Positions 11,001 through 21,329 of a stretch of 64,000 nt of DNA are shown piece after piece. The position numbers and the translations under genes were made by a program. The notes under the pieces are model-generated. The model did no database searches. It was not told the origin of the DNA and was given only the letters and a program-made list of their open reading frames with translations. The stretch comes from Sphyrna mokarran (taxonomy: Eukaryota), in assembly GCA_024679065.1 (NCBI GenBank), contig JAGIQG010000013.1, forward strand, positions 35,092,001 through 35,156,000, given 5' to 3'. Each line of letters opens with the position of its first letter. The stretch's first letter is position 1.

Positions 11001-14000
11001 TTATGGGGGACTTTAACTTTACTAATATTGATTGGAATAGCTATAGCTCTAGTACGTTAGAGGGGTCAGTTTTTGTACAAAGTGTGCAGGAAGGTTTTTT
11101 GACTCAGTATGTAGATAGGCCAACTAGAACATAGAACATAGAACATAGAACATTACAGCACAGAACAGGCCCTTCGGCCTTCGATGTTGCGCCGACCAAT
11201 ATAAAAAGCAATGCCCCTCCAAACTAAACCATTCCCTTCTCTTCCATATACTTATCAACTAACCTCTTAAACGCCACCAAACTTGGCGCATCTACAACTG
11301 CTGCAGGCAGGGCATTCCACTCCCGAACCACCCTTTGGGTAAAGAACCTACCTCTGATATCCGTCCTATAACTATCACCCATTAATTTAAAGCTGTGTCC
11401 CCTCGTGCTAGCTTTTTCCATCCTAGGAAAAAGGCTATCACTGTCCACCCTATCTAAACCTCTAATCATCTTATGTTTCGATCAGGTCCCCTCTTAGCCT
11501 CCTCCTTTCTAACGAAAACAACCTCAAATCCCTCAGCCTCTCCTCATAAGACCTGCCTCCATACCAGGCAACATCCTGGTAAACCTCCTCTGTACCCTCT
11601 CCAATTCCTCCACATCTTTCTTATAATGCAGGGACCAGAACTGTACACAATACTCCAAGTGCGGCCGCACTAGAGTTTTGTACAGTTGCAACATGACGTT
11701 GCGGCTCCGAAATTCAATCCCTCTACCAATAAAGCCAAGACTCCATATGCCTTCCTAACAACCTTCTCGACCTGACTGCCTACTTTCAGGGATCTATGCA
11801 CATACACACCAAGATCCCTCTGTTCATCTAAACTACTAAGAATCCTACCATTTGCCCTATACTATACACATTTATTATTTCTGCCATAGTGCATTACCTC
11901 ACACTTTTCCACATTAAACTCCATTTGCCACCTCTCAGCCCAGCTCTGCAACTTGTCCAAGTTCCTCTGCAAACTATAACACCCCTCTTCACTATCTACC
12001 ACTCCACCGACTTTAGTGTCATCTGCAAATTTACTAATCCTAAGGTGAGGTGAACTAGAGGTGAGGCTACATTGGATTTGGTGCTGGGCAATGAGCCAGA
12101 CCAGGTGTTAGGCTTGGAAGTTGGTGAACATTTTGGTGATAGTGACCACAATTCGGTTATGTTCACCTTAGTGATGGATAGGGATAGGCATGAATCTGGG
12201 GGCAGTAGTTATAGCTGGGGGAATGGTAATTATGAGGCCATAAGGAGAGAATTAGGGTGCATAGGTTGGAGTAGTAAATTACAGGGACTGGGAACATCTG
12301 AAATGTGGAGCTTATTCAAGGAGCAGCTGCTGCGAGTCCTTGATAAGTATGTCCCTGTCAGGCAAGGAGGAAACGGTCGAGTAAGGGAGCCATGGTGTAT
12401 GAAAAAAGTTAATTCACTGGTTAAAAGGAAAAAAGAGGCTTATGTCAGGATGAGGCTTGAAGGCTCAGTTAGTGCAATAGATAGCTATAGATTAGCCAGG
12501 AGGGAGCTAAAGAGTGAATTGAGGAGAGCTAAGAGAGGACACGAGAAGACTTTGGCTGATAGGATTAAGGAGAATCCTAAAGCTTTCTTTAGATATGTTA
12601 AGAATAGAAGATTGGTTAGGACAAGATTATGGCCAGTCATAGACAGCAGTGGGAAGTTGTGCGTGGAGCCTGAAGAGATTGGAGAGGTACTGAATAAATA
12701 TTTCTCTTCGGTATTCACGCAGGGTGATGTAAATGTAGTTATGGAGAACACTGAGGTACAGGGTAGCAAACTGGAAGGTATCGAAGTAGATAGGGAGTAT
12801 GTGCTAGATATTCTCGAGGGTTTGAAGTTGGATAAGTCCCCTGGTCCGGACGGGATTTACCCTAGGCTTCTCTGGGAGGCAAGAGAGGAGATTGCAGAGC
12901 CTCTGGCTCTGATCTTCAGGTCGTCGTTGGTTACGGGTGTGGTTCCGGAGGACTGGAGGATAGCGAATGTGGTCCCATTTTTCAAGAAGGGGAAGAGAGA
13001 CCTTCCAGGGAATTATAGGCCAGTGAGTCTTACTTCTGTTGTGGGCAAAGTATTGGAGAGAATTATTAGGGATAGGATTTATAGTTATTTAGAGAGAAAT
13101 GAATTGATTGGGGATAGTCAGCATGTTTTTGTGAAGGGTAGGTCGTGCCTTACTAACCTTATTGAGTTTTTTGAAAAAGTGACCAAAGAGGTGGATGGGG
13201 GTAAGGCAGTTGATGTGGTATCTATGGACTTTAGTAAGGCGTTCGATAAGGTGGCCCATGGAAGGCTTCTGCAGAAAATGCAGATGTATGGGATAAAGGG
13301 TGATTTAGCTAATTGGATTAGGAATTGGCTAGCAGATAGAAGACAGAGGGTGGTGGTTGATGGGAGATATTCATCGTGGAGTTCGGTGACGAGTGGTGTG
13401 CCTCAGGGGTCTGTTTTTGGGCCCCTGCTGTTTGTAATTTTTATAAATGATCTGGATGAGGGTATTGAATGATGGATTAGTAAATTTGCAGATGACACTA
13501 AAGTCGGTGGAGTGGTAGATAGTGAAGAGGGGTGTTATAGTTTGCAGGGAGACTTGGACAAGTTGCAGAGCTGGGCCGAGAGGTGGCAAATGGAGTTTAA
13601 TGTAGAAAAGTGTGAGGTAATTCACTTTGGCAGGAATAACAAATGTGTAGAGTATAGGGCTAATGGTAGGACTCTTAATAGTATTGAAGAACAGAGGGAT
13701 CTTGGTGTATGTGTGCATAGATCCCTGAAAGTTAGCAATCAAGTCGATAAGGTTGTTAAGAAGGCATAAGGAGTCTTAGCTTTTATTGGTAGGGGGATTG
13801 AATTTCGGAGCCGCAACGTCATGTTGCAACTGTACAACACTCTAGTGCGGCCGCACTTGGAGTATTGTGTGCAGTTCTGGTCCCCACATTATAAGAAAGA
13901 TGTGGAGGCATTGGAGAGGGTACAGAGGAGGTTTACCAGGATGTTGCCTGGTATGGAGGGCATGTCTTATGAGGAGAGGCTGAGGGATTTGAGGTTGTTT

Positions 14001-17000
14001 TCGTTAGAAAGGAGGCGGCTAAGAGGATACCTTATCGAAACATATAAGATGATTAGAGGTTTAGATAGGGTGGACAGTGATAGCCTTTTTCCTAGATGGA
14101 GAAAGCTAGCACGAGGGGACACAGCTTTAAATTAAGGGGTGATAGTTATAGGACGGATATCAGAGGTAGGTTCTTTACCCAGAGGGTGGTAAGGGTATGG
14201 AATGCCCTGTCTGCGGCAGTTGTAGATGCGCCAAGTTTGGTGGCGTTTAAGAGGTTAGTTGATAAGTTTATGGAAGAGAAGGGAATGGTTTAGTTTGGAG
14301 GGTCATTGCTTTTGTTTTCATAATTGGTCGGCGCAACATCGAAGGCCGAAGGGCCTGTTCTGCGCTGTAATGTTCTATGTTGTATAAAAAAGGCTAGTTT
14401 TTTGTATTTATATTTTAAAAACATAAAAAAAGTTTCTATAGTTATGTGAAGATAAATTACACTCAGAAACAAGAGAATTTAGAATAGGGAACAAATAAAT
14501 TACTGATCCCAACTAAATACATACTTTGTTTCTGACTTCACAAAAGACGACACAAATAACATAGCAGAAATTTTGGGGAGCACAATGTTTAGCGAGAGGG
14601 AAGAATGGAAGGAAACCAGTATTATTAGGGAAGTTATATTGGGAAAATTGATGGGACTGAAGCCTGACAAATCCCCAGGGCCTGATAATCAACTTCCCAG
14701 AGAAGAGGCCCTAGAAATAATGGATGCATTTAAGGTCACCTTCCAAGATTGTATACTCTGGATCTGTTCCTACAGATGGAGGTTAGCTAATGTAACTCCA
14801 CTATATTAAAAGGAAGACAGAGAAAAATGGAGAATTATAGAGCAGGCAGCTTGATGTTGGTAGTGAGGAAAATTCTAGAGTTAATAATAAAAGATTTAAT
14901 AGCAGAGCACTTAAAAACAGTGACAGAATTGGACAGAGTTAGCTTGGATTTAAGATGAGGAAAAATGTGTTTGATAAATTTTTGATAAATCTACTGGAAT
15001 TCTTCAAGGATGTAACTAGTAGGTTTAGTGAGAGGAAGCCCATGGATGTTGTTTAATTGGACCACTAGAAGGCTTTCAGCAAAGTCCCACATAAAAAATT
15101 AGCTTGTAAAATTAAAGACTGTGGGATTAGTATATTGAGATGGACAGAAAACTGGTTGGCAAACAGAAAACAAAGAATAGGAATAAACACATCTGTTTCC
15201 AAATGACAGGCAGTGACTAGTGGTGAACCACAGGGATCACTGCTGGGTGGCATGCTGCCTCATAGCGCCAGCGGCCCGAGTTCAATTCCAGCCTTGGGTA
15301 ACTGTGTGGAGTTTGCATATTCTTCCTGTGTATGAATGAATTATCTTTGAGTGCTCTGATTTCCTCCTGCAATCAAAGATATGCAGGTTCAGTGGATTGG
15401 CCATGCTTAATTGCCCCTTAGTATCCCAAAATATATTGGTTAGATGGATTAGCCATGGTAAATGCACAAGGTTATGGGGATAGGATAGGAGATTGGGCCT
15501 AGGTAAGATGCTTTTTCAGACTCAATGGGCTGAATGGCCTCCTTCACCATTATAGGAAATTTGTGGATCCCAACTATTCACCATATACACAAGATTTAGA
15601 GGATGAACTAAATGTAATATCTCCATGTTTGCAGATGACACAAAGCTGGGTGGGAGAGTGGGCTGTGAGGAGGATACAGAGGTGCTTCAGTGTGATTTAT
15701 ACAAGCTGAATGGGCAAATGCATGGCAGACATAGTATAATATGGATAAATGTGAGGTTATCCACTTTGGTAGCAAAAATAAGAGGGCAGATTATTATCTG
15801 AATGACTTTAGATTGAGACAGGGGAATGCACAATAAGACATAGGTGTTCTTGTTTACCAATTGCCGAAGGTAAGCGTGCAGATGCAGCAGGCAGTAAAGA
15901 AGGCAAATGATATATTGGCTTTCATAGTGAGAAGATTTGAATAGAGGAGCAAGAATGTCTTGCTGCTATTATACAGGGCCTTAGTGTGACCACACTCGGA
16001 ATATTGCGTGCAGTTTTGGCTTCCTTTTCTGAGGAAGGATGCTCTTGCTGTAAAGGGAGTGCAGCAAAGGTTTACCAGACTGATTCCTGAAATAATGGGA
16101 GTGATGTACAAGGAGAGATCGAGTTGGTTAGGGTTACATCCATTGGAGTTTAGAAGAATGGGAAGGGGGTGAGGGTGAGATGGGATGGGGTAGGGTGTGG
16201 GATCTCATAGAAACCTATAAAATTCTAACTGGACTAGACAAGATAGATGCAGGAAGGATGTCCCCAATAGCCAGGGAGTCTAAAACCAGGAATCACTCTC
16301 TGAGGATATTTGGGATTGAGATGAGGAGAAACTGCACAGCAAAATGGACTATTATTTAAATGGTAAAAAATGGCAGCATGCTGCTGTGCAGAGAGACCTG
16401 GGTATCCTTGTGCATGAATGGCAAAAGGTTGATTTACAAGTGCAGTAAGTAATTAAGAAGGCAAATGAAATTTTGCTAGAGGGATGGAGTTTAAAACCAG
16501 CGAGGTTATGTTAGAGCTGTATAAGATCCTGGTGAGGCCATACCCAAAGTACTGTGTACAATTTTGGTCTCCTTACTTAAGAGAGGGTATACTGGCACTG
16601 GAGGGGGTGCAGAAGAGATTTATTAGGTTGATTTCAGAGTGAGAGAATTGGCTTATGAGGAGAGACTGAATGTACAGACTATACTCATTGGAATTTAGAA
16701 GAATGAGTTGGGATCTTATAGAAGTATATAAAATTATGAAGGGAATAAATTAGAGGCAGGGAGATAGTTTCCATCTGCAGTTGAAACTAGAATGAGGGAG
16801 CATAGTCTCAAAATAAGGAGGAGCAGATTGAGGAAGAAGTTCTTCACCTAAAGAATTGTGAAGCAGTTGAGGCTACCGCTTAGAATGCTTTTAAGGCAAA
16901 GATAGATAGATTTTTGAACAGTAAAGGGTTATAGTGAGTGGGCAGGTGAGTAGAGAGACATGGTGGTGCAGTGATTGGCACTGCTGCCTCACAGTGCCAT

Positions 17001-18210
17001 GGTCCCAGGTTGGATTCTTGTCTTGGTCACTGTATGGAGTATGCACATTCTCCCTGTGTCCGTGTGGGTTTCCTCAGGTGCTCCAATTTCCTCCCATGTT
17101 CTGAAAGACGTGCTGGTTAGGTGCATTGACTCGAACAGGTGCCAGACTTGGGGAATTTCACAGTAACTTCATCGCAGTGCTAATGTAAGCCTGTGACAAA
17201 TAAATAAACCAACTTTACCTGAGTCCATGACAAGATCAGCTATGATTTTATTGAATGGCGGGGCAGGTTCAGGGGACCAGATGGCCTACTCCTGCTCCTA
17301 GTTCTTATGTTCTTATTAAATTTCTTCACCAAGATAGTGGCGAGCTTGTGGAATTCTCTACCACAAAGTAGTTGAGATCAAAATATTGTATGTTCTCAAG
17401 AAGGAGGTCGATATAACTTTTGGACCTGAAGAAGTTTCCTGTTGTGGGGTTACAGGTGGGAAGAAAAGGAGGGGACAGGCTATTGAGCTGAATAATCAAT
17501 CATGATCATAATTAATGGCAGGCTCTCAAAGCTAAATGGGCTACTCCTTTTGCTATGTTTCTCTGGAATTCCAAAGTCTTTGATAGGCCTGTAAGTAATA
17601 AAATGACAGTAAAAGGAGGAGTAGGGCTCATTAGGGATCAAAAAGCAAATTTACATGCGGACTCTGGGGGCATGGCTGAAGTATTAAATTAATACCTTAC
17701 ATCGTTTTTACTGAGGTAGTTGCTATCCAAGCCATGGAGACAGACAAGGAAACTTTGTTGAGGGGTTCAAAATTGATAAGTAGAATGTGTTGAAATGGCT
17801 GTCAGTGCTGGCCTAGTTGGTACACCTCAGTTCAATTCAGGGAGGTGGTAGTGCGGTGAATTTTGTTTACATCAGGAATATTGCAGGATAGTAATCTTTT
17901 ACTGGCAGATTCATGTTTGCGAGCAGATACTCAGATATTTATTGAAAAGATACACAGATCAGTACAGACTGTAATCTTATTTCAAAATAAACCAAATTTT
18001 TTGAATCATAAATGAACCATGGTGCTTTAAAAATGCATTTCTATCCCATATTCATCAAGCATATATTTAGACTACTCCTGAAGTAGTATGAAGTATATGA
18101 ACTCAGTGAAGTATTTTACTAGAGCTACAACAGGACGAGGTCAGTGGTTAAATACTGCCTATTTGTGAGCAACCCCAATGTTTACTGTGTGAATTCTAAG
18201 ATATATGTTA

Positions 18211-18249
<39 letters not shown>

Positions 18250-21200
18250 AGGGGGGAGTGGAGAGGTTTGTTCCATACTTCACTCTATATCATTACAAAT
18301 ACACAGATTAATTGTAGGTGAGAAGGCAAACATTTTAAGCAATTCCTTAGGAAATAAACAATGTCATTTGGGCATTTTCTCTTGTTGCAATCTAATCATA
18401 ACAATATGGCTGAAAATCACGGCCTGGTTTCTTCACTTAGAAAATAACAACTAATTCCTTTCTTTCTGCACCATTTTCTACTAAATCAAATCGTTTCCAA
18501 TATTATTATGTTGCTGCCCTTTACATACTGTGTAGAATTTCTCGCAGAATCAGCTCAAAGATCTAATTACTCATATGATAACAATCCTCCCAGATAATAA
18601 CCAACATTTAACTTGGTCCCCTCAAACCACCAAAGTACTACTTGTGAGTCAATTGAAGAGTAGAATTTAATTTTAAAATTAATTAAAATGTGATTAATTA
18701 TAGTTTTAAAATGACTAACTAAATTATACTGCAGCATATCACATCTCAAAAATGGTGTGGAGATTCAGCATTGGACTGGGGTGGGCATAATAAGAAGTTT
18801 CACAACACCAGGTTAAAGTCCAACAGGTTTATTTGGTATTATGAGCTTTTGGAGCATTGCTCCTTCATCATTCATCTGATGATGAAGGAACAGTGCTCCG
18901 AAAGCTCATGATACTAAATTAAACCCATTGGACTTTAACCTGGCATTGTGAGACTTCTTACTGTGCTCAAAAAGGGACAACCTCTAATTAAAAGCAATTT
19001 AATTTACACATAATTATACTGAATATTTTAATAATGAAATACAAATTGCGTAACTGATGAATAGTAAATCTATTATTGTTTATTTATAGTTAATAAGGAA
19101 AGGACAATGGTATATAGTGGCACAGTGGTTTGCACTGCTGCCTGACAGTGCCAGGGATTCGGGTTCAATTCTGGCCTTGGGTGACTTGCGGAGTTTGCAT
19201 ATTCCCCCCATTTGTATGAACTTTCTTTGGATGCGTCCCACAGTCACAAAGTGTGCAGATCGGGTTGATTGGCCATATTAAACTGTCCCTTAGTGTCAGG
19301 GGTACTGGCAAGATAAATACGTGAGGCTACGGGGATAGGGATTGAGTTGGATTGCCGTCAGTGCAGGCTTGATGGGTCAAATAGCCTCCTTTTGCACTGT
19401 GGCGATTCTATGATTGATTGAAAGACGCTGCAGTAGAAGTGGTCCAGTTCTCTCCAACAGTGGATCCCCCAAAGATGAGAATGAGAATGGTCCCACATTA
19501 TTCTGGAATACACCTCTAATTGAAATAAACAAGCTGCTCACAGTTTTGGCAATTTGTCAGGAAAAATATCCAGAATAATCCAAGCCTTCAATTTTTAAAA
19601 TATAAATTTCCCATTTGTTGTCAATGCAGTACAGTGGACATTTGATATTTGATAACGAGTGAACTTGATACGTGTGCAGAAAGGGGGACAAAACATGCAT
19701 TTCGAGGAAATCAAGTAACTGAGACAGAGATGGTCAGGAACCTGGACAAAAAAAACTGAGCAGATGGAAAGTAGGATAGACAAATAGTAAAAGAACCTGA
19801 TTCTTGAATAACGTGTAGATAAACAGATTCCATATGCTGCTAGTGTGCGAGTCAGTCAACCTTAACCTTTAAAAAGTAGCCGTACAGAACCTTTGAAACT
19901 TTACCTGAGATCCAGAAAACAATTTTTTTCTCCGTTTGTAGGTCTGCTTGTACCTATACAGTCACCCACGAGATTGACAGATGCTGTTCATCTATATTCA
20001 AAAATTAAAACTACATTTATAAGTATTGCTCATGGTGTGATCCACAGAGTTTTGGCTAGTATACACAATTGGCAGATTCATGTGATTTGGAATATTACTC
20101 CATGAATCAGTTTACCATATTGATCCAAAAATAGTTTTTTTCTCTTCCTATTCCCAATTCTTAGCAAAATCGGGTAGCCACATTGATTGGTTAGCGATTC
20201 CAACGTTAAAACTAGTGTCCTGTTAGATGCCTGTCTTTGCTGGAGTATGTCACATTAAAAAATTTAAAAGTTTTACTGTGTCTGAACAGAGGGAGACTGA
20301 AACCGAGACGCGCACTTTAGAAACCAGTTACCAAAAGGAAAATGCTGGAAAATCTGAGCTGGTTTTTTCGAGTCCAGGTGACCTTAAAGGATCATCTGGA
20401 CTCGAAATGTCAGCATTTTGTTCTCCTCAGCGATGCTGCCAGACTTGCTCAGATTTTCCAGCATTTTCCCTTTTAGTTTCAGATTGCACATCCGCAGTAA
20501 TTTACTTTTATCCTGGAAGCCAGTTAGGTGTTTAACCAGTGCTTTCACTAAAACTGAAAGTTTACAAATATTAGAGGGCAATGAGGCGTCCTGTTTAAAT
20601 CGGCGAGACAATTAATGTGGGGAAAATGTGGTGCGTTATTTTAATTAAACATGGGAGAACAAATTGATCGGGTTGAAATAGATGAATCAAAGCACAACTG
20701 CGTACTGCGTTCTGGAGTAGCAAAGTATCTTTTCTTGTCTGACAATCTGCTGCTTAATCAACTTCACAGATTAAAGACGGACGCGTAAAATAAATATCAA
20801 GTTCAAGTCACAAGAGACACTCAGTTACGCTAATTGATCTACGGTAGCACGAGTCGCCACCATTAAAATATGCTCAGACCATTTAGCTATGAAGCCGAAG
20901 ACAGTGAAACTTGGGAAATATCTATGATAGACCTGAATTAGTTATTTTGACGAAGGGATTAATTAAGTTAAAGTAAAAATCTGCGTTTAAAGAAAATCAG
21001 AAGAATTTCTTATGGGCGAACAAGTTGTTACAACCAAATGATTTCACCCTATGTACTCCAATTGTAGCTAACTGGTCCATCCCAGAAATTGTTCGCTACT
21101 TCATAATCTTTGTGGGAATAAGTTTGATGCTGGCGGCAATGATCTGCGTTCAGAATTTCAAAAAAAAATGGTAAGTAGTTAAATTTAACATTTTTGTGAT

Positions 21201-21262
21201 AAGCGTGTGCATGATTCTAATGTACTGTGTTTTGTTCTTTAATATCCGGCAGTGACAAATGA
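7981..21262 (+). CDS. Non-rearranging antigen-receptor-like IgSF gene, L-VJ-C1-TM(Arg)-short tail, 264 aa; join(7981..8026,8118..8453,9383..9682,21068..21170,21253..21262)
   Basis: All four introns GT-AG with matching phases 1,1,1,2. The 795-nt spliced frame is open from ATG to TGA, with canonical V and C1 residues and a hydrophobic TM followed by KKK. Confidence 0.8.
8118..8453 (+). CDS. VJ-C1 receptor exon 2: leader end + germline-joined VJ Ig domain
   Basis: tttcag acceptor; LNVTQFP...GQTARISC...YYWYR...[17 protein letters not shown]...[11 protein letters not shown]; phase-1 donor GTAATT. Confidence 0.92.
9383..9682 (+). CDS. VJ-C1 receptor exon 3: C1-set Ig domain
   Basis: AKPEISL...[17 protein letters not shown]...[12 protein letters not shown]...[16 protein letters not shown]; 300 nt, phase 1 at both ends, donor G|GTAAGT. 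Confidence 0.92.
9695..9700 (+). terminator. Candidate intronic polyadenylation signal for a secreted isoform
   Basis: AATAAA 4 nt after the in-frame TGA (9688-9690) reached by reading through the C1 donor. Confidence 0.35.
10290..14380 (+). mobile_element. Young CR1 LINE: end of ORF1, APE endonuclease, RT, 3' tail
   Basis: ORFs 10382-11134 (NARSI, ISETW, GDFN), 12072-13472 ([23 protein letters not shown]), FADD, RPHLEYC; few stops. Confidence 0.95.
11128..12040 (-). mobile_element. 5'-truncated CR1 of the same subfamily, inserted antisense into the host CR1
   Basis: (CATAGAA)n tail at 11128-11152; reverse complement of ~13474-14380; AACTAGA repeated at 11122-11128 and 12053-12059. Confidence 0.92.
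18213..18248. repeat. (TG)n microsatellite
   Basis: About 18 TG units. Confidence 0.95.
18745..18973. mobile_element. Palindromic mini-element made of two back-to-back Penelope pLTR ends
   Basis: Left arm is the reverse complement of the right arm around ~18872; CTCAAAAA repeated at 18745-18752 and 18966-18973. Confidence 0.85.
18872..18911 (+). ncRNA. Minimal type I hammerhead ribozyme motif (Penelope pLTR)
   Basis: TCAT-CTGATGA-(helix II)-GAAA-GC-TC-ATGA: core boxes, helix I TCAT/ATGA, palindromic AGCT. Confidence 0.6.
19115..19415 (+). mobile_element. HE1-like V-SINE
   Basis: tRNA head, V core, CR1-type tail ending gattctatgatt. Confidence 0.8.
21068..21170 (+). CDS. VJ-C1 receptor exon 4: short stalk + transmembrane segment with Arg
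   Basis: ttgtag acceptor; (A)[33 protein letters not shown]; perfect donor TG|GTAAGT; phase matches exon 3. Confidence 0.8.
21253..21262 (+). CDS. VJ-C1 receptor exon 5: tail end (C)DK-stop
   Basis: 82-nt intron with ttctaat branch-like motif, pyrimidine tract and CAG; T GAC AAA TGA. Confidence 0.6.
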
Positions 21263-21329
21263 GATTGCGAGAACGCTGTGGATAACAATATGAAGTGAAT
21301 TTTTATTACTAGTCCCAGATTTGGTGTTA

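Larger units (their letters stand above)
9990..17560 (+). mobile_element. Old degenerate CR1 LINE (ORF2), split by younger CR1 and SINE insertions
   Basis: ORF2 remnants at ~9990-10290 resume at ~14415 ([28 protein letters not shown]); SINEs inserted at ~15245-15560 and ~16955-17215. Confidence 0.75.

Noticed and set aside
18598-18650. Minus-strand J-segment-like string ([11 protein letters not shown]; YFGEGTKLNV if 5 nt were removed)
   Set aside because: No RSS heptamer/nonamer upstream, poor donor (GTTATT), opposite strand to the receptor gene and needs an indel; most likely chance.
7981-21262. Calling the gene VTCN1/B7-H4, NCR3, an Ig light chain or tapasin
   Set aside because: B7-H4 lacks a J-like GxG strand and TM Arg; NCR3 has no C1 domain; light chains have no TM and end in Cys; tapasin has an extra N-terminal domain and a TM Lys. 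The KKKCDK tail places lysines at -4 to -6 and -1, so it is not a clean KKxx signal. No symbol assigned.
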